A stretch of 64,000 nucleotides of DNA, from assembly GCA_947085185.1 (NCBI GenBank), contig CAMTVK010000021.1, positions 1-64,000 on the forward strand. The letters are read 5' to 3'. The notes beneath the pieces are model-generated. The model saw nothing but the letters and a program-made list of their open reading frames with translations, was not told the origin of the DNA and did no database searches. This DNA is from Candidatus Fraserbacteria bacterium (lineage in GTDB: Bacteria; Bipolaricaulota; Bipolaricaulia; RBG-16-55-9; DRXL01). Shown here one piece after another: positions 1-9,145 of this stretch; position 1 is the stretch's first letter, and every line of letters begins with the position of its first letter. Made by a program: the position numbers and the translations under genes.

Positions 1-1128
1 GCCCGGTTGCAGCTCCGCATGGTGCTTGGCGATATACGCGAGCGTGAGCGCCTGGAGCGCAAACGATAAGTCCATAATCTCGACGGGGTGGCCATCCCCA
101 GCAGCCAAGTTCACGAGCCGTCCCTCAGCTAAGAGATAGAGCCGTCGCCCGTCGGCAAGCGCAAATTCTTCGACGTTGGGACGGATGAGGCGCCGCGCCA
201 CGGAAAGTCTCTCTAAGTCGGGCTTACTGATCTCCACGTCAAAGTGCCCCGCATTGGCCAAGATCGCCCCGTCCTTCATACGTGTGAGAGACTCTTCGGT
301 GATAATATCTTTGCATCCCGTTGCCGTGATGAAGATATCTCCTAGGGGAGCAGCTTCGACCATCTTCATGACGCGAAAGCCGTCCATGACGGCTTCGATG
401 GCTCGCACCGGGTTGACTTCGGTGATGATGACGTTGGCGCCAAGGCCCTTGGCGCGCAGGGCGATCCCGCGCCCGCACCAGCCGTAACCTGCGACAACTA
501 CGGTCTTGCCCGCGATAGAGAGATTGGTCGTGCGCATGATGCCGTCCCACGTCGACTGCCCCGTGCCGTAGCGATTATCAAAGAGAAATTTCATCTGGGC
601 GTCGTTGACGGCGAACATGGGGAAGAGTAACTTCTTCTGGGCTTCAAGCGCGCGCAGGCGTCGCACGCCTGTGGTCGTCTCTTCCGTGCCGCCCCAAATA
701 TTCTTTGCTAAATCCGAGAATTCGCCGTGCAGCAGTTGCGTCAGGTCGCCGCCGTCGTCCAAGATTATATGGGGCTTGGTCTGCAAGACGGCTTTTAAGT
801 GTGCTGTGTACTCTTGGGGGGTAGCGCCGCGCCAGGCGGCCACGAAGATATCGCCTTCCGAGGCGAGCGCTGCTGCCACGTCGTCCTGGGTGCTGAGGGG
901 GTTGCATCCCGTCACGGCGACCTGGGCGCCTCCGGCGCGCAGCACCTGAGCGAGATAGGCCGTCTTGGCCTCCAAGTGAATGCTCAAAGCAAGCCTGAGA
1001 TCTTTGAAGGGGCGCTCGCGTTCAAACTCTGATCTCATTCTATTGAGCACGCTCATGCGTCGCTGGACCCAGTCTATTTTCTTCTGGCCGGCGGGCGCGA
1101 GTGACGGATCGCGAATGATGCTGCTCAT
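1..1128 (-). CDS. ahcY: Adenosylhomocysteinase (3' end runs off the window)
   Basis: Hand translation of the minus strand from 1128 gives [21 protein letters not shown]...[12 protein letters not shown]...[15 protein letters not shown], and later [55 protein letters not shown]. It is missing from the ORF track because its stop lies outside the window. Confidence 0.96.
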   Translation of the reverse strand, partial: MSSIIRDPSLAPAGQKKIDWVQRRMSVLNRMRSEFERERPFKDLRLALSIHLEAKTAYLAQVLRAGGAQVAVTGCNPLSTQDDVAAALASEGDIFVAAWRGATPQEYTAHLKAVLQTKPHIILDDGGDLTQLLHGEFSDLAKNIWGGTEETTTGVRRLRALEAQKKLLFPMFAVNDAQMKFLFDNRYGTGQSTWDGIMRTTNLSIAGKTVVVAGYGWCGRGIALRAKGLGANVIITEVNPVRAIEAVMDGFRVMKMVEAAPLGDIFITATGCKDIITEESLTRMKDGAILANAGHFDVEISKPDLERLSVARRLIRPNVEEFALADGRRLYLLAEGRLVNLAAGDGHPVEIMDLSFALQALTLAYIAKHHAELQPG

Positions 1129-1487
1129 GGAAGAATCCTCCTATGGAGCTTTTGAGCTTCTGCTACAGGGCCGGTGTCAAAGAGCGCCCGTCCGTGCTGG
1201 ACAATCTCGCGTACCAACAGCGAGCGCATCTCCCGCAGCTCCTGTGGGGTCAACCCGATGATATCTGCTGGGGCCTCATCTGTCCAGCGCTCGGCAAGGA
1301 AGAGCCGTCGTGCAATCCGATGCTGACCGCGAAAGTCTTCAGAGATCACGGCCAGATCAAGATCACTGCTCGGATAAGCCTCGTCTTTGGCCCACGAGCC
1401 GAACAAGATCACCCCATCGAGGCGAATCTCCCGTTGTAGCCTGCGAATGAAACGCTCAATCGCCCGCTGATAGCCCTTTTTCAGCAT
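1125..1487 (-). CDS. Minimal nucleotidyltransferase (MNT) domain protein
   Basis: LFGSWAK...SDLDLAV motif; overlaps the HEPN gene, and its stop overlaps the ahcY start. Confidence 0.88.
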   Translation of the reverse strand: MLKKGYQRAIERFIRRLQREIRLDGVILFGSWAKDEAYPSSDLDLAVISEDFRGQHRIARRLFLAERWTDEAPADIIGLTPQELREMRSLLVREIVQHGRALFDTGPVAEAQKLHRRILP

Positions 1488-1851
1488 ACGCTATCAACTC
1501 CTTAGCTGCATCGAGCAGCTCCTGAGCGATGGCCTCATCGTAGAACTCTTGTGGAGAGCCCCCGACGCTATTGGGATACCTTGCGTCGCTATAGTGCACA
1601 TCCAGCTTGCGCGCCAGCGTGAGCAGTCTTTTGGTGACCGGGAGCTTCTTGTGGAGTTTCTTGAGCATGGCTGCGCAGGAGTGCGTGCGAAACTCCAAGC
1701 GATATTGGGCCAGCAGTGCCTTGAGGAATTTTTCAGCTGCCTGCTGGGCATGAAAGGCTGTGCCTTCATAGAATTTGGCTTTCAACAGGCGCTCAGCCAT
1801 GGCTAAGTCTCTGCGCCCAGCCTCTTGCCACCAGCGGACTTCGTCGCGCAC
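1456..1851 (-). CDS. HEPN domain protein
   Basis: AFHAQQAAEKFLKA...THS...ARYP pattern typical of HEPN partners of MNTs. Confidence 0.9.
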   Translation of the reverse strand: MRDEVRWWQEAGRRDLAMAERLLKAKFYEGTAFHAQQAAEKFLKALLAQYRLEFRTHSCAAMLKKLHKKLPVTKRLLTLARKLDVHYSDARYPNSVGGSPQEFYDEAIAQELLDAAKELIAYAEKGLSAGD

Positions 1852-1933
1852 ATTATCAATTTAACTGGCTTTGGGCACCAGTGTCAAATGACATCATTGC
1901 ACGAGCGCCTTGGGGCTCTTATACTAAAGAGCC

Positions 1934-2299
1934 ATGAGCACAAGGTTTCCAACGCATATCTGGGAGCAAGCCCTAGCCCAGCAGCGCGAGCGCCGCGAAC
2001 AGCGACGCCAAGAACTGCTGCGCGCCGTGTCTGAAGCTCTTACAGAGCTCTCGCGCCAGATCGCCTTTGAAGAAGCGTATCTCTTTGGCTCGCTCACCCA
2101 ACCAGATCGCTTCTATGAGGGTTCAGACGTGGATATTGCTTTTGTGGGCCTGCGCGACGACGATTTCTTCCAGGCACTAGCGTTTCTGTCACGTCGGCTC
2201 GCTACCAACGTAGACATCGTCCAGCTTGAGAAGCATTCGCGCCGCGAGCAGATCCTTCAGGAGGGAACCCGATGGACGAAGCCCGCTGGGCTCTGTTAA
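1934..2299 (+). CDS. MNT nucleotidyltransferase antitoxin (MntA-like)
   Basis: YLFGSLT...SDVDIAF...VDIVQLE motifs. Confidence 0.88.
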   Translation: MSTRFPTHIWEQALAQQRERREQRRQELLRAVSEALTELSRQIAFEEAYLFGSLTQPDRFYEGSDVDIAFVGLRDDDFFQALAFLSRRLATNVDIVQLEKHSRREQILQEGTRWTKPAGLC

Positions 2300-2733
2300 A
2301 GTCGGCTGTAGAGGCGCAGCTTCGTGAGATTGCCCAGATATTCGCGAAGATCGAAGAGCGCCGTGCCCACATAGATGACCCAGCCCACTTGGAGAGCCTG
2401 GGGTATCAACTGCACAATCTCTACTCAGCTTTTGAAGACTTGTTCAAGATCGTGGCAGATTTTTTCGAGAATCGCATTGCCGAACGTGTGGGATATCATC
2501 GGGAACTACTGTGGCGCATGAAGATTGCCATCCCTGGGGTGCGCCCTGCGTTGCTCTCGGAGACGAGCTATAGATTGCTCGACAGGTTGCGAGCGTTTCG
2601 TCATTTCTTCCGGCACGCCTACGGCGCCGAGCTTGACCCAAAGAAGGTCGCCCTTGTTGTAGAAGACGCCCTGAAACTCAGAGAGAGCTATTCTCAAGAG
2701 ATCGAGCGCTTCGTCGCACAGGTGCGTCCATGA
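2272..2733 (+). CDS. HepT-like HEPN ribonuclease toxin
   Basis: LHNLYSAFEDLF and an intact Rx4H motif (RHFFRH); overlaps the MNT gene. Confidence 0.87.
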   Translation: MDEARWALLKSAVEAQLREIAQIFAKIEERRAHIDDPAHLESLGYQLHNLYSAFEDLFKIVADFFENRIAERVGYHRELLWRMKIAIPGVRPALLSETSYRLLDRLRAFRHFFRHAYGAELDPKKVALVVEDALKLRESYSQEIERFVAQVRP

Positions 2734-3164
2734 CTAGGCAGATCCGTCTGATGCGCCCCGAAGACTATGAGTCTGTCATCGCGCTCTGGCAGCGCGCTGG
2801 GCTCCCCTTCGAGCCTGAAGGGCGCGATAGCCCTCACGCGATCGCGCGCCAACTACAGACCTCTGGAGACTTCATGTTCGTCGCTGAAGCTGACGGACAG
2901 ATCATAGGGACGGTCTTCGGCAGCCACGATGGGCGCAAGGGCTGGATCAATCGCTTAGCTATTGACCCAAGCTATCGCCGTCGCGGTCTGGCGCAGCAGC
3001 TTATCAGAAGAGCTGAAGAGGCTCTCGCTCGCGCAGGGATTATCATCGTCGCTGCCCTTGTGGAAGCTCCCAACGAGCCGTCGCGTGAGCTCTTCTCCAA
3101 GCTCGGCTACGAAGAGCGCCGGGATATCATCTATTTTCGCAAGTTTCTTCGAGATCGGAGGTAA
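2730..3164 (+). CDS. GNAT N-acetyltransferase
   Basis: HDGRKGWINRLAIDPSYRRRGLA acetyl-CoA-binding motif. Confidence 0.9.
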   Translation: MTRQIRLMRPEDYESVIALWQRAGLPFEPEGRDSPHAIARQLQTSGDFMFVAEADGQIIGTVFGSHDGRKGWINRLAIDPSYRRRGLAQQLIRRAEEALARAGIIIVAALVEAPNEPSRELFSKLGYEERRDIIYFRKFLRDRR

Positions 3165-3169
3165 TCTCT

Positions 3170-3505
3170 ATGCCCTTCTGTCCGGGGTGTCGTTATGAGT
3201 ATCAAGCTGGGACTCAGCAGTGCCCTGATTGCGGCGCCGAGCTTGTCGAGCAACTCTCTCCCCAAGAAGAGCCTTCACCCACAGGCCCCTTGGTAACTGT
3301 CTATGTCGCTAAAGATATGACCGAAGCAAGCTTGATTAAATCGTTTCTCGAGGAGTTTCAGATAGAGTCGTTCATCGGCTACGACTTAGGGCCGGCCTAT
3401 CCGGTAGGGCAGATTGAAGTGCGCGTCGCTGAAACACACGCCGACGAAGCTCGCGAGCTGATCGCGGAGTTTCTCCAATCTTCTCCAGAAGACTTGGATC
3501 TGTGA
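3170..3505 (+). CDS. Zinc-ribbon + DUF2007-like putative signal-transducing protein
   Basis: MPFCPGC...CPDCG N-terminus, then EASLIKSFLEE...VRVAE...A.E.I. Confidence 0.7.
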   Translation: MPFCPGCRYEYQAGTQQCPDCGAELVEQLSPQEEPSPTGPLVTVYVAKDMTEASLIKSFLEEFQIESFIGYDLGPAYPVGQIEVRVAETHADEARELIAEFLQSSPEDLDL

Positions 3506-3536
3506 ACATCTGCTCCTCTGTGCTATAATGCAGGGC

Positions 3537-4091
3537 ATGAGAAACCCATTTCTCGTTGGAGAGAAGATCTATCTCCGTCCGTTGGAGCGCGACGACGCCA
3601 TAATACTGCTCCCCTGGGTGAACGACCCCGACGTGATAGCCACTCTCATGATGTACACCCCGAAAAATCTTCAGACTGAGCTCGAGTTCATCGAGCGTGC
3701 CTACAAGAGCGACACCGAGATCATCCTAGGCGTCGCACTGAAAGGGAGTGATAAGCTCATCGGCACGACGGGGCTCCACCGCATCGATTGGAAGAACCGC
3801 CATTGCATGTTCGGCATCTTGATCGGCGATAAGACAGAATGGGGCAAAGGCTACGGCACGGAGACGACGCGCGTGATGGTCAACTACGCTTTTGAGATCT
3901 TAGGGATGCATCGCGTCTGGTTGCACGTGTACGAGTACAATCAGCGGGGGATACGAGCGTATGAGAAGGCGGGCTTTGTGCGTGAGGGCGTCCTGCGTGA
4001 GGATCGCTATCACAACGGAAGATTTTTTAACACCCTCGTGATGGGGATGTTGCGCTCCGAGTGGGAAGCACGTCAGCGAAAGAGCCGGTAG
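3537..4091 (+). CDS. RimJ/RimL-type GNAT acetyltransferase
   Basis: GEKIYLRPLE, WGKGYGTE, NQRGIRAYEKAGF..EG motifs. Start placed at 3537, 7 nt after TATAAT. Confidence 0.88.
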   Translation: MRNPFLVGEKIYLRPLERDDAIILLPWVNDPDVIATLMMYTPKNLQTELEFIERAYKSDTEIILGVALKGSDKLIGTTGLHRIDWKNRHCMFGILIGDKTEWGKGYGTETTRVMVNYAFEILGMHRVWLHVYEYNQRGIRAYEKAGFVREGVLREDRYHNGRFFNTLVMGMLRSEWEARQRKSR

Positions 4092-4768
4092 CGTACAAGA
4101 TCAAAACGGATGGGAGCGCCTTGCTCTATACGATGGATGCGCAGGGGCACCCCCGCATCGTCAATCCACGTGTGCACCAGCTCGTGCGCGGCAGAGCGCA
4201 GTACGAATTCTTTGACAAAAAACGTCCCGATCTCGAAGGTCTCTTGATGGTCGAAGAGCCGCGCACAAGTGCAGGACAACTGCTCCAACTCCAGCGAGGG
4301 CAGCGCAATGCGCCCCATGTGGAGTGTGGTACTATCGCCGGGGGCGAGCACGATCTTCTTGCATAACGCAAAGACAAAGAGCGCCGCAGGATAGTCTAAG
4401 AAGGGCCCATTCTCCCAGGCGAGAGAAGACTCAACGGTGCGTCGGCCGGCCGCCTCGATTTGTGCTCGGAACCGATTCTTTTCCACGTGATAGCGTGCCA
4501 GAGTGAGATGGTGTTCTGCTTCGAGCTCGATGCGCGCCGCTCTGTAATGCCAGCTAGGCTCCAGCTCCAGGGTGATCCGTTGGGTATTAGGCAAGGGCCA
4601 CTGGAGCACGAGCGAGCTGTGGAGGTGATAGCCCTGGCGTTCGGGCAGCTCAAAAACCTGAAAGGTCTCTTCGCCGAGTTTGCGTTGGCTTTGGTGCAGA
4701 TAATAAGTTCCTGTGGCTATCAGCCCTTCTGCGGGTGGGCAGCGTCTGGTGGCAATCATTCCTCTCAT
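4073..4768 (-). CDS. Hypothetical protein (beta-rich)
   Basis: Open frame filling the gap between convergent and divergent genes; start uncertain; no family recognised. Confidence 0.6.
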   Translation of the reverse strand: MRGMIATRRCPPAEGLIATGTYYLHQSQRKLGEETFQVFELPERQGYHLHSSLVLQWPLPNTQRITLELEPSWHYRAARIELEAEHHLTLARYHVEKNRFRAQIEAAGRRTVESSLAWENGPFLDYPAALFVFALCKKIVLAPGDSTTLHMGRIALPSLELEQLSCTCARLFDHQETFEIGTFFVKEFVLRSAAHELVHTWIDDAGVPLRIHRIEQGAPIRFDLVRYRLFR

Positions 4769-4825
4769 CCCCGTAAGTATCATAAAGCATCTTGGGCGCC
4801 AAGGCAAATCGGTTATAATAACCCT

Positions 4826-5725
4826 ATGAACACGAGAGTCATCCTTGGGCTGCTCAGCGCGCTGCTTGGAGCGGGCGTTGTCACACAAGAGCGCTCTATA
4901 GATTGCTCACAAAGCTCGCTTCAAGCTGCCATTGACGCTGCCCACGAAGGCGCTTCGCTTACTATTGCTCCCGGCATGTGCACAGAGAATCTCGTCATCA
5001 CCAAGAGCCTCACCCTCGAAGGCGCAGGAAGAGATCAGACTATGATTCGAGGGATGAAGCTCGGGCTTCCCGTGGTCTTCGTGCAGAGCGACACGCCCAT
5101 CACAGTGACTCTCAAGAATCTCACGCTCGCCGACGCGCCTCGAGCGTCTTTGGACCCTCGGCATGGCCAAGAGTGCGCTGTGTTCTATCCGGAGCTGCTC
5201 TGCCCGTCGGGGGTGCAAGTGCGTGGGGCCGCGCGCGTCACTGTGCGCGCGGTGCGCATCGCGCGCAACCCCTGGGTCGGCGTCTATGTGCTCGATTTCG
5301 CTTCTGTCTTGGTGCAGCACTCAGAGATCATCGAGAACGGCTGGGGAGTCTATCTCTCGCCCGGTGCGTCGGTGGAGCTGCGCGACAGCCGGGTCGAGCG
5401 CAACCGCGAGAACGGCCTGGAGATCTGGGGAACGGCCCTCATAGAGAGCACGCTCATTCGCGCAAACGGGCGCTCCGGCATCGAGAGCGTCGGGACTGCC
5501 CAAATCTTCAAGAGCGAGATCGTGCAGAACCGCAGGTCTGGGATTCTGCTCTCTGGGGCGTCGCAGACGGAGATTCGCTCCAATGTCCTCAGTGAGAATG
5601 GGGGATGGGGGGTAGCTGCTCAGCTGCGCAAGTGCAGCTATCTCTCCGATATGTTTCGCGGCTCAGTGGTGCTCGACCAAAACAGAATTTTCGGCAATAG
5701 CCTGGGCGATGTCTGCTTGCCGTAG
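4826..5725 (+). CDS. Secreted right-handed parallel beta-helix (pectin-lyase/NosD-like) protein
   Basis: Signal peptide MNTRVILGLLSALLGA; SLQAAIDAA...ENLVITKSLTLEG; repeated I..N...G motifs. Confidence 0.8.
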   Translation: MNTRVILGLLSALLGAGVVTQERSIDCSQSSLQAAIDAAHEGASLTIAPGMCTENLVITKSLTLEGAGRDQTMIRGMKLGLPVVFVQSDTPITVTLKNLTLADAPRASLDPRHGQECAVFYPELLCPSGVQVRGAARVTVRAVRIARNPWVGVYVLDFASVLVQHSEIIENGWGVYLSPGASVELRDSRVERNRENGLEIWGTALIESTLIRANGRSGIESVGTAQIFKSEIVQNRRSGILLSGASQTEIRSNVLSENGGWGVAAQLRKCSYLSDMFRGSVVLDQNRIFGNSLGDVCLP

Positions 5726-6787
5726 GGCGTGCTCGATGATCCCTCCGCCGAGCACTCGTTCGCTCTCGTAGAAGACCGCAAGTTGTCCAGGGGTGACAGC
5801 TCGTTGAGGGTGCGCGAAGAGCACGCGCACGCGCCCGTCTTCAAGAAACTCGAGCGTGGCGGGCACGCGTGGGCTACGATAGCGAATCTTCACTGCGATG
5901 GGCAATCCCCTCCGCACATAAACGTTCTGGGGTGAGGGCTCATAGATAAAATTCACATCGGTAGCGATCAAGCCCTCTGCCAGCAACGCGCCCTCGTCAC
6001 CGACGATCAATCTGTTCTTTTTGTAGTCGAAGCCCACGACGTAGACGCGCTCCCCCAACGCGACCCTCAGCCCATGGCGCTGCCCAATCGTATAGAACGC
6101 CAGCCCTTCGTGATGTCCTACCACCCGGCCGGAGGTGTCAACGATCTCGCCGGGGTTCGTATGGAGCTTCGCTTTTAAGTACGCGCGATAGTCGCCTCTG
6201 GGGATGAAGCATAAGTCCATGCTCTCGGGCTTGCGCGCCGAGACTAAATTATGCTCTTTGGCGATCTGCCAGACCTCGCTCTTGAGAAGATGCCCCACGG
6301 GGAAGAGAATGCGCTGTAATTGCTCTTGGGTCAACCCATAGAGAAAGTACGACTGATCCTTGAGGGGGTCTCTGCTTGTCAACAGATAATACACACCGTC
6401 TTCGGCGACGATGCGGGCGTGGTGGCCTGTTGCTAAGAATTCGCAGCCGAAGCGATCTGCCAGCTCTAAGAGAATGGGGAAGCGCACGAGACGATTACAC
6501 CGGCCGCAGGGGCTGGGGGTGCGTCCTTGGGCGTGCTCTGTGAGAAAGACGTCTACAACGCGCTCTTTGAACTCTCTGCCCGCATCTATGAAGTGATGCT
6601 CGATTCCCAACTGTTGCGCAACGGTGCGCACTTCGAGCGAACAGCACTCGTTATAGGGCTCTTGGCGATCTTCGTACGACCAAAGATTCAAAGTCACCCC
6701 AATGACTTCGTAGCCCTGCTTCTTGAGCAGCAGAGCCGCAACGGAGCTATCTACGCCGCCGCTCATACCGACTAAGACGCGCTTCAT
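5663..6787 (-). CDS. mnmA: tRNA 2-thiouridylase
   Basis: MSGGVDSSVA, PCGRCN, KDQSYFL, ESMDLCF, TIGQR, TPGQ motifs. Confidence 0.96.
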   Translation of the reverse strand: MKRVLVGMSGGVDSSVAALLLKKQGYEVIGVTLNLWSYEDRQEPYNECCSLEVRTVAQQLGIEHHFIDAGREFKERVVDVFLTEHAQGRTPSPCGRCNRLVRFPILLELADRFGCEFLATGHHARIVAEDGVYYLLTSRDPLKDQSYFLYGLTQEQLQRILFPVGHLLKSEVWQIAKEHNLVSARKPESMDLCFIPRGDYRAYLKAKLHTNPGEIVDTSGRVVGHHEGLAFYTIGQRHGLRVALGERVYVVGFDYKKNRLIVGDEGALLAEGLIATDVNFIYEPSPQNVYVRRGLPIAVKIRYRSPRVPATLEFLEDGRVRVLFAHPQRAVTPGQLAVFYESERVLGGGIIEHALRQADIAQAIAENSVLVEHH

Positions 6788-6982
6788 GATATATCAGTAT
6801 TGTAGCAATAACTGCGAGCATTGCCCACATGTTCTTTGTTTCCTCTTGCGCGAAGTGCTACGATTTGAACGAAGGTTTATGGCGATAACGAGGACGATTG
6901 GCGAGCGCGCAAATTAGCTTACACCGTTCCATAATCGCTAGCCTCTTGACAATGAGATCACGAAGATCTATAAATATAAACG

Positions 6983-7336
6983 GTGATCGTTGTGGATGAA
7001 GCCACCCGAAAAATGATTGCTGAGGAATTCACGATATGGGGTAATTTTTGGAGCGGATGCTTGATTATTTGGGAATGGGCTTATTTCACAGCAAGCGCAC
7101 AAAGAACACAACTCCCAAGACTCGCGAGATTATTCTCATGGCTCACGGGGATTATGGCATTAGCTGTTTTTGTTATCATGGGGTTAATGAACACTATACC
7201 CTTCTGTGGTGACTGCCCCAACCCGCTTCATCTGTGGATGCGGATTATTTTAGTTCTTGGCTACCTTGCTGCTTTGGGCTATATCATCAAGCGCAGGAGC
7301 GAGATCCAACCTCCTAAGTTACCAACAGCTAAGTGA
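6983..7336 (+). CDS. Hypothetical membrane protein (3 hydrophobic segments, AT-rich)
   Basis: Hydrophobic stretches; TTGACA-17-TATAAA promoter at 6946-6974. Confidence 0.55.
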   Translation: MIVVDEATRKMIAEEFTIWGNFWSGCLIIWEWAYFTASAQRTQLPRLARLFSWLTGIMALAVFVIMGLMNTIPFCGDCPNPLHLWMRIILVLGYLAALGYIIKRRSEIQPPKLPTAK

Positions 7337-7343
7337 AGCAGTC

Positions 7344-8294
7344 TCACACAATCGCCAGCATCCGTTCAATCGCCCGTCGGGCTTTGGTAGCCGTCGGCTC
7401 GGGCACGCGAATCTCGTAGATCTCTTCGCGCAGCGATCTCAAGACTTTCTCCAGAGTGATCTTCTTCATATATTCGCAGATCGCGCGCTCGTTGGCGGGA
7501 TAGAACGTCTTCCCCGGCGCTTCTTTGCGGAGCCTGTGCAAGATCCCAACCTCTGTAGCGACGATAAACTCTTGCGCCGGGCTCTTGCGAGCGTGCTTGA
7601 CCATGCCCTCCGTCGAGAGAATATGGACTTCGCCCTTGAGCGCCCCCGTCGCTTGGTAGTACATACACGAAGACGAGCAGCCGCATTCGGGATGGACGAG
7701 CATCTCGGCTTCGGGGTGGGCCGCGCGCATCGCGTCAATGTCTCGAGGACGAATCCCCGCGTGCACGTGGCACTCCCCCGGCCAGATGTGCATCTTCCGC
7801 CCAGTTACTCTCTGGAGATATGCTCCTAAGAACATATCGGGCAGAAAGAGAATCTCTCTATCGGGAGGGATCGCTTGGAGGACTTTGAGCGCGTTGGTGG
7901 ACGTGCAACAATAGTCGGACTCGGCTTTCACTTCGGCTGTTGTGTTCACATACGAGACGACGACAGCGTTGGGATGCTCGGCCTTCCATTGACGTAACTG
8001 CTCGGCGTTGATCGTGGCGGCCAGCGAGCAGCCAGCCTCAAGATCGGGCAGCAGAACTCGCTTTTCTGGGCAGATAATAGAAGCCGTCTCGGCCATGAAG
8101 TGTACCCCGCAGAAGACAATGATATCGGCATCGGTCTTGGCTGCAGCTTGAGAGAGCCCCAGCGAATCCCCAATAAAATCAGCGATATCTTGCACTTCGG
8201 GGAGCTGATAGTTATGGGCCAATATGACGGCGTTCTTCTCGGTCTTGAGTCTCTTGATCTCTTGAGTGATCTCGAGCTGTTCTACAAGAGTCAT
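7344..8294 (-). CDS. nadA: Quinolinate synthase
   Basis: ILAHNYQ, FCGVHFMAETA, GCSLA, YVNT, CHVH, HPEC, CEYMK motifs. Confidence 0.97.
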   Translation of the reverse strand: MTLVEQLEITQEIKRLKTEKNAVILAHNYQLPEVQDIADFIGDSLGLSQAAAKTDADIIVFCGVHFMAETASIICPEKRVLLPDLEAGCSLAATINAEQLRQWKAEHPNAVVVSYVNTTAEVKAESDYCCTSTNALKVLQAIPPDREILFLPDMFLGAYLQRVTGRKMHIWPGECHVHAGIRPRDIDAMRAAHPEAEMLVHPECGCSSSCMYYQATGALKGEVHILSTEGMVKHARKSPAQEFIVATEVGILHRLRKEAPGKTFYPANERAICEYMKKITLEKVLRSLREEIYEIRVPEPTATKARRAIERMLAIV

Positions 8295-9145
8295 GGCGCA
8301 AGCACCTCCAGATGCATATCTATAGCTTTCACCGAGTGTGTAAGCGCGCCGACGGAGATGCAGTCTACGCCGGTCGCGGCGATCTCGCGCACGGTCTCTA
8401 AGCTCACGCCCCCAGAAGCTTCCAGGAGGGGCCTCTTCCTCCCTCCCCTTGCTATTGTAACAGCGCGGCGCATATCTTCCAGCGACATATTGTCCAGCAT
8501 AATGATATCAGCGCCGGCTTCCAGGGCCTCACGAAACTCTTGGAGATTCTTCACTTCGACTTCGATCTTGAGGGTTGCTGGGGCATGGCATCGCGCGCGC
8601 TCGAGCGCGCGTGCGATGCCGCTGGCAGCCCGAATGTGATTGGTCTTGATCAGCACGCCGTCGAAGAGCCCTATTCGGTGATTCTGCCCGCCCCCGACGC
8701 GAACGGCATATTTATCTAAAATTCTCAGCCCCGGCGCGGTCTTGCGCGTGTCTAAGATTTTCACAGAAAAATCTTGCACAGCTTCGACGTAGCGCGCCGT
8801 CATGGTCGCAATCCCGCTCAGGCGCTGTAAGAGATTGAGCGCGGTGCGCTCCCCTGACAGAATCGCTCTCAGCGAGCCTGCCAGCTCCGCGATAGTCTGT
8901 CCTGGGGAAAGCCGCTCCCCATCACGCACACGCGGTGTAAACTCTAGGTGAGCATCGAGAGTCTCAAAGACTATTTTGGCGATGGGCACGCCAGCCACGA
9001 CACACGACTCCTTGGTGCGGATGACGGCCTTGCCCATTTGCTCGGGCTCGCAGATCGCCTCGGTCGTCACGTCTCCAGAGCCGAGGTCTTCGTGGAGCGC
9101 CCTCTCGATGGTCTGGCGTAGCGCGATAGTATTGAGATCGTTCAT
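8291..9145 (-). CDS. nadC: Nicotinate-nucleotide pyrophosphorylase
   Basis: EDLGSGDVTT, DTRKT.PG, NHR.GL.D, MLDNM, EASGG, ISVGALTHS motifs. Confidence 0.97.
   Translation of the reverse strand: MNDLNTIALRQTIERALHEDLGSGDVTTEAICEPEQMGKAVIRTKESCVVAGVPIAKIVFETLDAHLEFTPRVRDGERLSPGQTIAELAGSLRAILSGERTALNLLQRLSGIATMTARYVEAVQDFSVKILDTRKTAPGLRILDKYAVRVGGGQNHRIGLFDGVLIKTNHIRAASGIARALERARCHAPATLKIEVEVKNLQEFREALEAGADIIMLDNMSLEDMRRAVTIARGGRKRPLLEASGGVSLETVREIAATGVDCISVGALTHSVKAIDMHLEVLAP

Noticed and set aside
176..1261. Several short ORFs at the window start
   Set aside because: Shadow frames of ahcY, which the ORF track misses because it is truncated.
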